DNA of 57,021 bases from assembly GCA_013694995.1 (NCBI GenBank), contig JACDBH010000007.1:1-57021 (forward strand). The letters are read 5' to 3'. Below the pieces are notes generated by a model. It did no database searches, was not told where the DNA came from, and saw only the letters and a list, made by a program, of their open reading frames with translations. Below are positions 15,892 through 27,999 of this stretch, one piece after another. The position numbers were made by a program, and so were the translations under genes. This stretch comes from Candidatus Saccharimonadota bacterium. Its GTDB lineage: Bacteria; Patescibacteriota; Saccharimonadia; Saccharimonadales; JACDBH01. Position 1 is the first letter of the stretch; every line of letters starts with the position of its first letter.

Positions 15892-18732
15892 GTGATAGAG
15901 TCTAAGGCAAGTACTGGTACGCTGAATCCTAATCAGCTTAAAGCCGTTGAGCATTCGGCTGGGCCGCTTTTGGTTGTGGCCGGTGCCGGAACAGGCAAAA
16001 CCCGGGTTATTGTTGAACGTATCTTACATTTGATAAGCCTTGGTGTTGATCCGCGTTCTATTTTGGCACTGACTTTTACCGAAAAAGCTGCCGGCGAGAT
16101 GATGGATAGGGTAAATGCCGTGCGCGGCGGATTCACACTCGATACTACAATAGCTACTTACAACCGCTTCGGCGATGAACTTTTAAGAACCTACTCCGCC
16201 GAGATTGGCTTTGGTAGCACTGTCTTACTTGGAGAAACAGGGCAGCTGGTTTTTATGCGCGAACACCTCGATGAATTGGGCTTAGATTATTTTGCCCCAA
16301 TCTCAAGTCCAGATAGCCAACTTACATTGCTAGCCGGATATATTTCACTTTTAAAACAGCAACTAGTACGTGCAACTGATTATATAAATTATGCCAAAGC
16401 AATACCAAACGGGAGTGAAGAAGATAAGCTCGACAAACAAAAGCATCTGGAACTTGCCAGTATATATAGCAAATATATTGAGTTATGCCGCAAAAATAAC
16501 GTTATTGATTATGATGACCAATTATATTTGACAATAGAATTGCTGCAAAAAAGACCGAACATAAAAAATATTCTACAGCAGCGCTACCAGTTTATTCTGG
16601 TAGACGAATTCCAGGACACTAATCCGATGCAATCAGCCCTTTTGCACTTACTGGCCGGTAAAAGCCAAAATATAATGGTTGTCGGTGATGACGACCAAAG
16701 CATATATGGCTGGCGGGGGGCTACGCTTGCTAATATACTCGGTTTTAAAAAGCATTATCCTAAAACCACAGAAATTACCCTTATAGAAAATTACCGCTCG
16801 AGCCAAGCTATCCTGGATAGTGCCTACAGGCTAATTCAAAATAATAATCCTGACCGCCTGGAAGTTATAAATAAACTTAATAAACGTTTAGTTGCTCAAG
16901 CCGAGGATGGCAAACAGCCACAAACACTGCATTTTTCCAGTTTAGACGCAGAAATGACTTGGATCGCTGAAGATATTGCCTTAAGGCTTAAGACCGGTCA
17001 GGATCCAAGCACTATTTCCGTACTAGCACGACGTAATCATATAGTTAAGAAAATGCACGAAACTATGGAGCTTCATGCAATTCCACACTCCGTTGCCGGG
17101 CTAAGTAACGACCTATACCAACAGGTAGTAGTCAACCAACTTATAGAAACTTTAAAAGCTATTAATGATCCGCTTGATAATATGGCGCTGTTTCATGTTC
17201 TTGGTGGTCCTATGTTTAATATTAGCCCTACTGACCTGGCTTCTCTATCAGTTGTTAGCAAGAAAGAACACATTCCTTTATCAGAAGTTGTAGATAGTTC
17301 GCAGCACAAGAATGCTGTTTCAGCACTTAAGCAAATAGGTTCATGGCGTGAACGCACTCAAAACTTGAGTGTCGGGAGCTTAGCTTATGCAGTTATGACC
17401 GACAGTGGCTGGAAACACTCTCTTTATCAGCGCGCCGAAACTGACGCAGTGACCGCTTTACAAGTTCAAGCGTTAGGCCAATTCTTTAAAACTCTCAAAG
17501 AATTTGAGCGTATATCCGACATCGGAAGTCTGCAAAACTACTTGCAAAATTTACCAGCTCTGCGGGCAGCTGGCAGCGAGTTACAGGATGCCTCCCTAGA
17601 TATATCCGACTCGCTCATCAATATTTTGAGTGTCCACCGCTCAAAGGGACTAGAATGGGATACGGTTTATATTATTGACTGCACTGAAGGGTCATTCCCG
17701 ATGCGTAACTTTGGCAGTTCGTTAACCGTACCGGACGAACTAAAAACCCAGAGTGAAGCCGATGATCATATGGCAGAAGAAAGACGTCTTATGTATGTAG
17801 CTTTAACTAGAGCTAAAAGAGAATTAGTGTTAACATATTCCGATATACATAACGGGGGGGCAAAGCGTAAACCATCCCGCTTTATTTCGGAGTTATTTGG
17901 CAAAGATCCTGAGGTTGCCATACACGAGGAACAAGCGCAGCAAACCGTTATGGAACTATTTGCCCCAGCCCAAGAACATGTAGCTTATGTAACTTTGCCA
18001 GCGCATATGACTGCTAATAATAAATTGGTGTTAACCGTCAGTCAAATCGATAGTTGGCTGCGCTGCCCACTTAACTTTTACTTTATCTACGTACTACAAA
18101 TACCACTTCCTCGGGATCCAATCCAGCAATACGGTACAATCGTCCATTCATGCATCCAAACCATTCATGAAGCTTTAAGTGCAGGCACACAGCTAAGCCT
18201 TGAGACGTTACTTCAGAACGCAAAAAGACAGTTACCCCGTGAGGGTTATTTAACGGCCCGGTCGCGAGAAAGAGCACACACTCAAGCACTCAAAACTATA
18301 AAGCTATTGTACGATCGTTTTTCTAAAGAACCGCTACCCGATGAGATAGAAAAACCATTCCGGGCTGAAGTGCCGGATACAAAGTTAATAATGACTGGGC
18401 GGATTGATGCTGTTTACCAGACAGGAGATGGAGGTATTGAAATCCGTGATTATAAAACCGGAACTTCAGTGACTTCGGCCGATAAGGCCAAAAAGCGGGC
18501 CCAAGCCAGCAATCAGCTTACTCTTTATGCCTTAGCATGGAAGATAATTCATGACAAAATACCGTCACTATTAACCCTTGATTTTGTAGAGACAAACCAG
18601 CAGGGATCTGTCAGAAAGCAACAAAAATCGCTGGACACATTAATAAAAAAACTTCGTGATATGGAACAAAAACTTTTAGATGGCGTTTACCCGGAAGGCA
18701 AAGACCATACTTACTGTCGCCATCCCCTGTAA
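15892..18732 (+). CDS. UvrD/PcrA-family SF1 helicase fused to a C-terminal PD-(D/E)XK (RecB-like) nuclease
   Basis: AGAGTGKT, LTFTEKAA, DEFQD, VGDDDQSIY, NYRS, SVHRSKGLEW, EERRLMYVALTRAK; C-terminal GRIDAV...DYKTG...QL.LY. Confidence 0.92.
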   Translation: MIESKASTGTLNPNQLKAVEHSAGPLLVVAGAGTGKTRVIVERILHLISLGVDPRSILALTFTEKAAGEMMDRVNAVRGGFTLDTTIATYNRFGDELLRTYSAEIGFGSTVLLGETGQLVFMREHLDELGLDYFAPISSPDSQLTLLAGYISLLKQQLVRATDYINYAKAIPNGSEEDKLDKQKHLELASIYSKYIELCRKNNVIDYDDQLYLTIELLQKRPNIKNILQQRYQFILVDEFQDTNPMQSALLHLLAGKSQNIMVVGDDDQSIYGWRGATLANILGFKKHYPKTTEITLIENYRSSQAILDSAYRLIQNNNPDRLEVINKLNKRLVAQAEDGKQPQTLHFSSLDAEMTWIAEDIALRLKTGQDPSTISVLARRNHIVKKMHETMELHAIPHSVAGLSNDLYQQVVVNQLIETLKAINDPLDNMALFHVLGGPMFNISPTDLASLSVVSKKEHIPLSEVVDSSQHKNAVSALKQIGSWRERTQNLSVGSLAYAVMTDSGWKHSLYQRAETDAVTALQVQALGQFFKTLKEFERISDIGSLQNYLQNLPALRAAGSELQDASLDISDSLINILSVHRSKGLEWDTVYIIDCTEGSFPMRNFGSSLTVPDELKTQSEADDHMAEERRLMYVALTRAKRELVLTYSDIHNGGAKRKPSRFISELFGKDPEVAIHEEQAQQTVMELFAPAQEHVAYVTLPAHMTANNKLVLTVSQIDSWLRCPLNFYFIYVLQIPLPRDPIQQYGTIVHSCIQTIHEALSAGTQLSLETLLQNAKRQLPREGYLTARSRERAHTQALKTIKLLYDRFSKEPLPDEIEKPFRAEVPDTKLIMTGRIDAVYQTGDGGIEIRDYKTGTSVTSADKAKKRAQASNQLTLYALAWKIIHDKIPSLLTLDFVETNQQGSVRKQQKSLDTLIKKLRDMEQKLLDGVYPEGKDHTYCRHPL

Positions 18733-18764
18733 TTAGAAAGTTACTGATTCGAGGTTTATTTATC

Positions 18765-18806
18765 TTAATAAAAAACTCCCTTAATTCAGAGGGAGTTTTT
18801 TATTAA
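18765..18806. terminator. Bidirectional intrinsic terminator
   Basis: Perfect 17-bp inverted repeat TTAATAAAAAACTCCCT / AGGGAGTTTTTTATTAA. Confidence 0.9.
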
Positions 18807-18826
18807 AAAACTTTAAAGTTACTTAA

Positions 18827-19564
18827 CTAGCGCTTTTTGCGTGCAGCGGGCTTCTTTTTAGTCGTACGCGTAGTACGCGTCGCAGCTGCTTTTGTCTTAA
18901 CCACTTTAGCATCTTCAGTCTTAGTAGAACGGACCAATAACGCGTTAGCGGGCGCGAACAGAAGAACATACAAGTTCATTCCGATTACAGAACCTATAAT
19001 CGGGCCAAATATATAGGCTCGTGACCAGCTTTGGTTAGCCAGTGCTACTGCTGGATTCAATATTGCATTTGACGCCAGTGACGCAACAATTATACCAACG
19101 ACCAAACCTCCGCCCATCAGTGCAGCGGCTTTGCCGCCTTCGTATCGCTGGTACACAGCTGCCGCTACCATAAAGGCGAAGACAGCCATACCCACGGCTT
19201 CAGCAACAAGTATTTTCCAGTCAAATGTATTTCCTGCAATACTTCTAAGGTCATCACCTAAGAAATAATTGGCCAGCTGCCACGCAGCTAGACCACCGAG
19301 CATCTGGACTGCTAAATAGGCAATTGCCTGGATTGTTTGTATTTTGCGCAGTGTCCAGAGGCCAATAGTCACTGCAGGATTGAAATGCCCACCTGAAGTA
19401 GAACCGAGCGCTATAACCAGTAGACCGTAGGTCAGACCTACGCCAATGGCCACAAAATAGCCGATTCCGATTTGTGATCGCGAAATGTTAATTGCAACGG
19501 TTGCGAGTATTGCCGAACCCAAAAACTCTGCCGCCAACATCGCGATCTTTGATCGCACTGTCAT
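18827..19564 (-). CDS. Aquaporin (MIP family) with a basic C-terminal tail
   Basis: AEFLG, SGGHFNPAVT, second NPA (ILNPAVA); GGAGG RBS. Confidence 0.92.
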   Translation of the reverse strand: MTVRSKIAMLAAEFLGSAILATVAINISRSQIGIGYFVAIGVGLTYGLLVIALGSTSGGHFNPAVTIGLWTLRKIQTIQAIAYLAVQMLGGLAAWQLANYFLGDDLRSIAGNTFDWKILVAEAVGMAVFAFMVAAAVYQRYEGGKAAALMGGGLVVGIIVASLASNAILNPAVALANQSWSRAYIFGPIIGSVIGMNLYVLLFAPANALLVRSTKTEDAKVVKTKAAATRTTRTTKKKPAARKKR

Positions 19565-19631
19565 ATGGGAAAACCCTCCATTTATTTATAATTCTACAAT
19601 ACCCGCTATTGCTGAAATTTGCAATTATTAA

Positions 19632-19919
19632 TTAGGATAGGACAGCTGCGCGGTGCGACCCGTCACATAATGTAATATATGTAGCTACTTGATAGGTCAC
19701 CATTGCGTGATGAAGTTGCTTAGCTTGCTGTACTGCATTAGGTCCTGTTGCAAGTCGATTTGCGAGTTCTTTTATGTACCAAAGATCTACTATAAAAACT
19801 TGTTTATTAGTGTCCTTAACAAGCGCATCGCGGTCGATTGTTGAATTTGGTATATTATTAAATATAACCATTTGTTCTTTATGCCTGAGCTGCATGCCCA
19901 AGTATTTATGGCAGGACAA
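19632..19919 (-). CDS. Possible small hypothetical protein or frameshifted remnant after atpC
   Basis: 95-codon ORF with a TTG start. An RBS-preceded 22-aa ORF (19906-19974) overlaps it in another frame. Confidence 0.3.
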   Translation of the reverse strand: MSCHKYLGMQLRHKEQMVIFNNIPNSTIDRDALVKDTNKQVFIVDLWYIKELANRLATGPNAVQQAKQLHHAMVTYQVATYITLCDGSHRAAVLS

Positions 19920-20002
19920 TATGTTGTGGAGTTAGTTGAACGTCAAATGCAGACAAATTATTTTGAAGAGTCATTTAGTTCTGATCCTCCTGTAGAGGCA
20001 GC

Positions 20003-20434
20003 TTAACCCCGACGGCGGCTTGAACGTTTGATGCCAGCTACTTGCAATCTTACTGAAGTGCGATCTATAAGGCTTTGGGCTTGGTCTAAGGACACTTGGT
20101 CTTTGGCTTCACTCTTAAGCTTCTTCGCACGCACGTACGCTGCTTTGGCTTCTTCTTCCGAGATTTCATCGGAATTATCTGCTTCATCAACGAGTACGCG
20201 CAAAGTATCGCCTGATACTTCAATCGCACCGCCCGATATAGCAAAAAGCTCCATCGAATCATCGCGGTCGTTAGCGTTACGGCGGACTGAAATAACACCG
20301 GCTTTTGCAACACTAATCAATGGCATATGTTTGGGCATTACTCCAATTTCACCATCCATTGTCGGTAAAATAACTTCATAGACATCTTCTGAAAACTTGA
20401 TGCCATCTAAACTTACCAATTCAAAATGAATCAT
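20003..20434 (-). CDS. atpC: ATP synthase F1 epsilon subunit
   Basis: FELVS.DG, LPT.DGEIGVMPKHMP, ISGG.IEV. Confidence 0.95.
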   Translation of the reverse strand: MIHFELVSLDGIKFSEDVYEVILPTMDGEIGVMPKHMPLISVAKAGVISVRRNANDRDDSMELFAISGGAIEVSGDTLRVLVDEADNSDEISEEEAKAAYVRAKKLKSEAKDQVSLDQAQSLIDRTSVRLQVAGIKRSSRRRG

Positions 20435-20696
20435 TATTCCTGAACACTATTAAAATTTAATTCTGGCTGCGGCTCCTCAAACAAGCTTAACTGCACCCCT
20501 GCAGGTACAACACTACTTTTACCCAGTGCTTCAGCTAATTTGAACTGCACATAAGGCTGTAATTCTTCTGCGGTAATAGCTATTTCAACAATATTACGAA
20601 GTGTGTCGTTAGATATTTCACGTTTAACTTCGTAAATAACCATATGACTTCCATCAGGTGTCGTCTTAATAATATCTACTGTCTCTGGCCAGGCCA

Positions 20697-20697
<1 letters not shown>
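20434..20697 (-). CDS. Orphan protein between atpD and atpC
   Basis: 87 aa; TAATG stop/start overlaps at both ends. Confidence 0.8.
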
Positions 20698-22362
<1,665 letters not shown>

Positions 22363-22363
<1 letters not shown>

Positions 22364-22761
22364 TATATGTCTATCTCCATTGGCAAGCTTAAAATTCCAA
22401 AATCTTGCTCCATTTTTTGCATTAAATAGCCTAGAGCTACCGCCCTATGGTGTCTATTTATCTCCGGATCGACAAAAGCTATAAGCGGGTCGATACCTTC
22501 TGCCTGGCATTTTATATCGGCAAATCTTAATGCGTCGCTGGGTATTATTTCACGATTATTTATACTTGACATGGCAGGAGTCGCGATTCCTAAAGTATTT
22601 TGAATTAAGGCATGCCCAAGTCTTATTTTTTTTACTTCTTCAAAAAATTGAGCATCCTCATGAAAGGCTGAAAAATCGCTTTTTTCCTCGTCATGTTCGT
22701 CAACTGGAGCAAAACCCTCGTCGATGTTAGTTGCAAATATGCCGTCCAGACTATGTATCAT
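22363..22761 (-). CDS. Orphan acidic protein between atpG and atpD
   Basis: 132 aa; ATGA overlap with atpG and TAATG overlap with the next ORF. Confidence 0.8.
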
Positions 22762-23627
22762 TTCATAGCCTCCGCGCCGCCGGTTATTTCTGCTAGTTCC
22801 TGCGTGATTTTGGCCTGGCGCGCGGTATTAAACTCGAGCGTCAAGTCATTAATGATATCTATCGCGTTGTCAGTGGCGTTTTTCATGCTCAGCATGCGCA
22901 TTGAATGCTCTGAAGCAATGCTCTCAAGCAGCGCTTGCCATAACTGGACCTCCAGTAAGCGTTCGGTAACATTTTCAAGTACTTCTTCTACTGACGGCTC
23001 GAATGTTACTTCATTTAGTGAAGTTTCTTCACTCGCTTCGCCCTCGAATAAAGCAGGCAATATTGATAAACTAAGTGCTTCTTGCAGAATATTAGATTTG
23101 TGCTCGGTGTAGAATAAACGAACTTCGTCAACTTTTTCTGTCCGGTATAACTCGACTATTGTATCTAGTATTGGGCGAATGTCATTGGCGGTTGGATGGT
23201 CGCCGAAATCAGAATATGCAGCAACTAGTTCAACACTTTCAATCCGGCGCAAGAACTGGGCGCCACGTTTGCCAAGGATTAATATCTGGCTTTTAACACT
23301 AGTCCTTCGGTCCTCTCTAACTGAGGAGGTCAGCATTTTTATAATATTCGCATTATAAGCACCAGCAAGCCCCCGGTCACTCGTAATAACTACGTAAAGC
23401 CGGTGTTTAATCGTGCGCTTACAATACAGTGGATGCTCGTTTATTTCTGTCACAGCTGCAAGACGGGATAGCATAGAATGAGCGGCCTCGCGATAAGCGC
23501 GACCACGTTGGGCGGCTTCAGTGGCCTTGCGCATTTTACTGGCTGCTACAAGCTCCATAGCTTTAGTAATCTGTTTGGTGTTTTTGACGCTGCCGATGCG
23601 GCGCTTAAGCTGCTGGGTACTAGCCAT
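22758..23627 (-). CDS. atpG: ATP synthase F1 gamma subunit
   Basis: ITKAMELVAASK, SDRGLAG, SEH..RM..M..ATDNA, RQAKITQEL.EI.GGA. Confidence 0.98.
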   Translation of the reverse strand: MASTQQLKRRIGSVKNTKQITKAMELVAASKMRKATEAAQRGRAYREAAHSMLSRLAAVTEINEHPLYCKRTIKHRLYVVITSDRGLAGAYNANIIKMLTSSVREDRRTSVKSQILILGKRGAQFLRRIESVELVAAYSDFGDHPTANDIRPILDTIVELYRTEKVDEVRLFYTEHKSNILQEALSLSILPALFEGEASEETSLNEVTFEPSVEEVLENVTERLLEVQLWQALLESIASEHSMRMLSMKNATDNAIDIINDLTLEFNTARQAKITQELAEITGGAEAMK

Positions 23628-23904
23628 TGTCTCGTTCGCTGACTGTGATTAAATGACGGCCCAGGGCGAGACCGATAGTAAGATCCCCTGCAGATGCTCG
23701 TAGTCTGTCGTAACGTCTATCAACCGCAATCGATGAAGCAACTAACGCAGGATATTCTATCCCCATATGATCTAACCCGAACGCTAGCCCTCCAATGCGT
23801 TCCGGTACGCCTCCTAAATCACATAATATTGAGACTGACGTACGGATATCGCTATCATCGATTTCTAATGAATAAGGTAATGCTAACTTCATAGTATCTA
23901 CCAT
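23620..23904 (-). CDS. Orphan protein between atpA and atpG
   Basis: 94 aa; ATG directly after the atpA stop; its stop overlaps the first atpG codons. Confidence 0.75.
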   Translation of the reverse strand: MVDTMKLALPYSLEIDDSDIRTSVSILCDLGGVPERIGGLAFGLDHMGIEYPALVASSIAVDRRYDRLRASAGDLTIGLALGRHLITVSERDNG

Positions 23905-25452
23905 TTATTTGGCTTCTTTCTCGACGGCTTTATAACTTTCGGCTATGTGGTGGGCGAGTCTAAGAATTTCTTGCTTATCTTTTTCTTCCGGTTCTTTGCC
24001 AGAATCAATATGGTTTACAAGCGTAGTGTGCTTGCTCTTGAGTTCTCGGAGCAGGGAACCCTCAGCGTTCTTAATTTTATTCACATCGACTTTATCGAAT
24101 GCTCCCTCTGTTGCCGCAAGTAACATTACATACATTTGCCAAGTGCTGTAGGGGCTGTACTGCGGCTGCTTTAAAAGTTCAGTCAGGCGCTGGCCGCGTT
24201 CAATACGAGCCTTAGTATCAGCATCTAAGTCAGTGGAGAACTGTGAGAAGCTAGCAAGTTCTCTGAATTGCGCCAGGTCAACCCGTAGGGATTTTGCTAC
24301 CGACTTAACGGCTTTGGTCTGCGCAGAACCACCGACACGGGAAACCGACAAACCGACAGATACAGCAGGGCGGATACCCTGGTAAAACAAGTTTGTTTCC
24401 ATAAATATCTGGCCGTCAGTAATGGAAATCACATTTGTTGGAATGTAGGCACTAATATCACCAGCCTGGGTTTCTATAATTGGCAAGGCAGTAAGTGAAC
24501 CAGCTCCAAGATCGTCACTTAATTTAGCGGCTCTTTCAAGTAACCGTGAATGTAGGTAGAAAACATCACCAGGATAAGCTTCACGTCCCGGCGGGCGACG
24601 AAGCAGCAGGGACATTTGGCGGTAGGCGGCGGCGTGCTTAGTTAAATCATCGTAAATGATAAGGGCATGCTGTTTGTTATCTCGGAAATATTCACCCATG
24701 GTTGCGCCAGCATAAGGCGCAAGGTACTGCATACTGGCAGGGTCAGCAGCAGAAGTCGCAATAATAATCGTTTGTTCCATCACGCCTTCGCGCTTTAAGC
24801 GCTCGACCAGACGGGCAATCTTGCTCATTTTCTGACCGATAGCGACATATATATTTATAACGCCAGTATTTTGCTTGTGCTGGTTAATCATTGTATCGAT
24901 GGCAACAGCGGTCTTGCCGGTCTGTCGGTCGCCAATTATAAGCTCACGCTGACCACGGCCAATTGGCACCATGGCATCAATTGCGATAATCCCCGTCATC
25001 AATGGCTCATGTACCGATTTACGTGCCAAAACGCCGGGGGCAATGCGCTCCGCCGGGCTTGTCTGCTTGGCTTTGATGGCGCCTTTGCCGTCCAGAGGAC
25101 GCCCCAGAGGGTCAACGACGCGGCCGACAAGCTCCGGCCCGACCGGGATTTCGACGATTTTACCAGTACGGTGAGCCTTGGTACCGGCCTTAACAAGAAC
25201 GTCTTCACCCAGCAGCACCGCTCCGATTTCTTCAGTACCTAAGTTGAACGCAAAAGCGGTTATTTTTGATCCGTCTTCGGCGTCAAGTTCGATCATTTCA
25301 TTATAACCCGCCGAAGTCAGCCCATAAATCCAGACAATACCGTCACCAACCCGGGTGATAATACCTGTCTCTTCGATTTCCGGGCGTTTCTTTAGCTCAT
25401 TAATAGCCGCCCTAATATCGGCGGAAAGGTCTGCAATAGATATATCTTTCAT
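23905..25452 (-). CDS. atpA: ATP synthase F1 alpha subunit
   Basis: [36 protein letters not shown]. Confidence 0.99.
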   Translation of the reverse strand: MKDISIADLSADIRAAINELKKRPEIEETGIITRVGDGIVWIYGLTSAGYNEMIELDAEDGSKITAFAFNLGTEEIGAVLLGEDVLVKAGTKAHRTGKIVEIPVGPELVGRVVDPLGRPLDGKGAIKAKQTSPAERIAPGVLARKSVHEPLMTGIIAIDAMVPIGRGQRELIIGDRQTGKTAVAIDTMINQHKQNTGVINIYVAIGQKMSKIARLVERLKREGVMEQTIIIATSAADPASMQYLAPYAGATMGEYFRDNKQHALIIYDDLTKHAAAYRQMSLLLRRPPGREAYPGDVFYLHSRLLERAAKLSDDLGAGSLTALPIIETQAGDISAYIPTNVISITDGQIFMETNLFYQGIRPAVSVGLSVSRVGGSAQTKAVKSVAKSLRVDLAQFRELASFSQFSTDLDADTKARIERGQRLTELLKQPQYSPYSTWQMYVMLLAATEGAFDKVDVNKIKNAEGSLLRELKSKHTTLVNHIDSGKEPEEKDKQEILRLAHHIAESYKAVEKEAK

Positions 25453-25457
25453 AATAA

Positions 25458-25865
25458 TTATTTCCTTTCCTCTGCGACCAGCCGCTTAAACAAATTCAGT
25501 TTTGATTTGACGCTTAAATCCAAGTTTTCTTGCGGCAGTTCAATCCTTATACCTCCAATGACTGATGAGTCAAGAAGGCTATCGACAATGATTTTATTAG
25601 CTTGAGGAAAGTGCTCTTTTAATAATACTTCGATGTCTTTCAGCACTTCTGCCGTAAGTTCATGGGCGCTGACCGCAATTGCCTCAACAATACCTCTGGA
25701 TAACCGGTACTGCATAATGTCACGCGTTAAGGATCCTAGGTCAATCTGGTGATGTTCTGTAGTTAAGAATGCAGCGATTTCTTGCACAAGCGCATCTTTG
25801 TCAGTCGTATGGAGCGCGCGCTCGCCAATTACCTTAACTAAATCTTTTCGCGCCAGTGAGTTCAT
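25458..25865 (-). CDS. atpH: ATP synthase delta subunit (short form)
   Basis: SAHEL...D.SVIGGIRI...DLSVKSKL; lies between atpF and atpA. Confidence 0.9.
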   Translation of the reverse strand: MNSLARKDLVKVIGERALHTTDKDALVQEIAAFLTTEHHQIDLGSLTRDIMQYRLSRGIVEAIAVSAHELTAEVLKDIEVLLKEHFPQANKIIVDSLLDSSVIGGIRIELPQENLDLSVKSKLNLFKRLVAEERK

Positions 25866-26407
25866 TATTGTTTGCGGCCTTTCTTGATAGCCCTATCTAT
25901 AAGGGCGGCGTCTTTTTTAGCATCGACTTTTTCTTCGACGACGGCTTCGGTAGCTTCTGATACCAGCCCGACGATTTCACGCTCGAGCTTGCGGCGGGCC
26001 TGCTCGGCCTCTTCATTAATCCGTGCTTCGGCATCAGTCAACATATTCTCTGTTTTTTTGTGGGCTGTTTTTTCAGCTTCACGCACCATTTCGCGGCCCT
26101 CTTTTTGGGCATCAGAAATAATAGCGTCGGCATCATGGCGGGCCTCACGGACGATCTTGGCTGTTTCCTGTTCGAGTTTTTCACGCTCTTTTTCCATCTC
26201 TAAGCCGTGTTTGACGCCAGCTTCTATGACTTTATGGCGCTTATCAAGCATTTTTACTATCGGCTCAAAGGCAAAACGCTTCAACAGAAAGAAAATCAAT
26301 ATGAAGGTTATAAGCTGGATCATGAAAGCCTGGGGCGACAGACCTAGAGGTAAGCCCTCGCTAGCATGCTCAGCAGTTTCCGTAGCTGCAAAATAAACAG
26401 GTAACAT
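25865..26407 (-). CDS. atpF: ATP synthase Fo b subunit
   Basis: Single TM (QLITFILIFFLL..F...PI...LD.R) followed by a charged coiled coil. Confidence 0.95.
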   Translation of the reverse strand: MLPVYFAATETAEHASEGLPLGLSPQAFMIQLITFILIFFLLKRFAFEPIVKMLDKRHKVIEAGVKHGLEMEKEREKLEQETAKIVREARHDADAIISDAQKEGREMVREAEKTAHKKTENMLTDAEARINEEAEQARRKLEREIVGLVSEATEAVVEEKVDAKKDAALIDRAIKKGRKQ

Positions 26408-26478
26408 AAATTAATTTATCTCCAGGTTAGTGGAGGTTTGTAGATATACACCGCTAAAATGTTCCATATACTTACCTC

Positions 26479-26706
26479 CTAGATGATGAATAGTGAAGCG
26501 AAGACTAAAAGTGCTAAAAGTTCAATAATACCAATGATGACCAAAGCTTGGCCCAGGAACTTTGCAGCCTCCGGGTTACGTCCAACTGCGTTAATGAAAG
26601 CGTTTCCTACAAGCCCGATGCCAATAGCCGGGCCGATCATACCCAGGCCCATCATCATGCCTTTTCCTAAAATTTCTACGTCTCCAGTCAGTTCTGCAAA
26701 AAACAT
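26479..26706 (-). CDS. atpE: ATP synthase Fo c subunit (H+-type signature)
   Basis: GxGxG helix, RNPE loop, conserved Glu in IIELL without the Q...ES Na+ motif. Confidence 0.95.
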   Translation of the reverse strand: MFFAELTGDVEILGKGMMMGLGMIGPAIGIGLVGNAFINAVGRNPEAAKFLGQALVIIGIIELLALLVFASLFII

Positions 26707-26724
26707 ATATTATTTCTCCCTTAC

Positions 26725-27585
26725 TTAATTTTCTTTTACCATTTGGCCCTTTCCTGAGGGTACGGATTCTTCAGGAACGGATTCATGATCATTGCTAGCA
26801 TGCTCGTCGGCATGGTCGTGTTTGATAGCTACAGCTAGGTAGGTAACGGACAGCATCACAAAAATATAGGCCTGCAGCATAGCGACCATAAGCTCGAGTG
26901 CGACAAACGGTAGAGAAGTAAGCGGTGCGGCTCCGCTACCCAAATATGCAAAGACAGAAATTATAATCTCGCCGATGACAACGTTCAAGAATAACCGTAG
27001 CGCCAGGCTAATAATGCGGGTAAATTCAGTAAATACTTCAAGTGCCCCGAATAAATACGTCGCAGGATTTTTAAGACTACCTGAGAAATAATGTCGTATA
27101 TGCCTTAATATTCCCGATTCCTTAATCGCAAAGGTTTGCACTAGTACCATAGTTACAATTGCAGCAGCTAAGGTGCCGTTTAAATCTGCAGTAAAGGCCC
27201 TCAGAAGCGGTGTCTCGCCGACCCTTACGGCTTCGCCAACACCTGGCAGCAAGCCGAACCAGTTGTTTAATAGTACATAGAAGAAAATAGCCGCGAAATA
27301 CGGAGCATACTTGATAGCTTTTTCGCGTGAGCCTAAAGAATTCGTTATAAGGCTAATTATAAATTCTACACCTGCCTCCACGAACTGGATAAGGCCCCGT
27401 TTGGGTCTTAAGGTTGCCCCGTGGCGAACAGTAACAAAAAGAACTAGGATAAACAAAGCGCACGCCCACCCGTAAATCATTGAGTTGGTAATGCTTATGT
27501 CGCCTATTTTAAATATTTCACCTGGCGCGATATGTATAGCAGGACCTTTATCTTCGGCCGCAAACAGGCGTAACAGATTAAGCAT
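26725..27585 (-). CDS. atpB: ATP synthase Fo a subunit
   Basis: NWFGLLPG, TADLN, SLALRLFLN, LQAYIFVMLS. Confidence 0.96.
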   Translation of the reverse strand: MLNLLRLFAAEDKGPAIHIAPGEIFKIGDISITNSMIYGWACALFILVLFVTVRHGATLRPKRGLIQFVEAGVEFIISLITNSLGSREKAIKYAPYFAAIFFYVLLNNWFGLLPGVGEAVRVGETPLLRAFTADLNGTLAAAIVTMVLVQTFAIKESGILRHIRHYFSGSLKNPATYLFGALEVFTEFTRIISLALRLFLNVVIGEIIISVFAYLGSGAAPLTSLPFVALELMVAMLQAYIFVMLSVTYLAVAIKHDHADEHASNDHESVPEESVPSGKGQMVKEN

Positions 27586-27925
27586 CGGTGCGAGCCTTTA
27601 CCTTTTTAGTTTTTCGTTTAGTCTTATTTGCTGCATCCACTAAGGCCTGCTGCTGTGACATGTCTTTAAATGTACGGGTAATAAGTACTGCCGAGCCAGC
27701 AATAGCTATAAATAATGCCGTCAGAGTAAGGGAGGGCGAGGTGTCGAATCTCTGATCCAGCTTTACGCCGATAAAGAGGGGGATAAGCACCGTCAATGCC
27801 AGTTGCCAGCCCATATTGAGCGAGGCTGCTACTAGCTGGCTGCGTGCATCAAACATAGTCAAATAATCCTGAGCTGGATCATTAGCGTTAGACGTCATAC
27901 GTTTTCGTGTGGCGGTTTTTCCCAT
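27578..27925 (-). CDS. AtpZ/AtpI-family (ATPase gene 1) membrane protein
   Basis: G.QLA......G..LD..F.T.P two-TM pattern; first gene of the atp operon. Confidence 0.85.
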   Translation of the reverse strand: MGKTATRKRMTSNANDPAQDYLTMFDARSQLVAASLNMGWQLALTVLIPLFIGVKLDQRFDTSPSLTLTALFIAIAGSAVLITRTFKDMSQQQALVDAANKTKRKTKKVKARTDA

Positions 27926-27999
27926 ATGCTTGACTCAGTATAACAGAGAAGTTTGTGGGCATACAAGCAGTAAGGCTGTCCTTGGAATTAAATCAGTAA

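Noticed and set aside
26479-26706. Possible Na+-coupled ATP synthase
   Set aside because: The c subunit lacks the Gln and Glu-Ser/Thr Na+ signature
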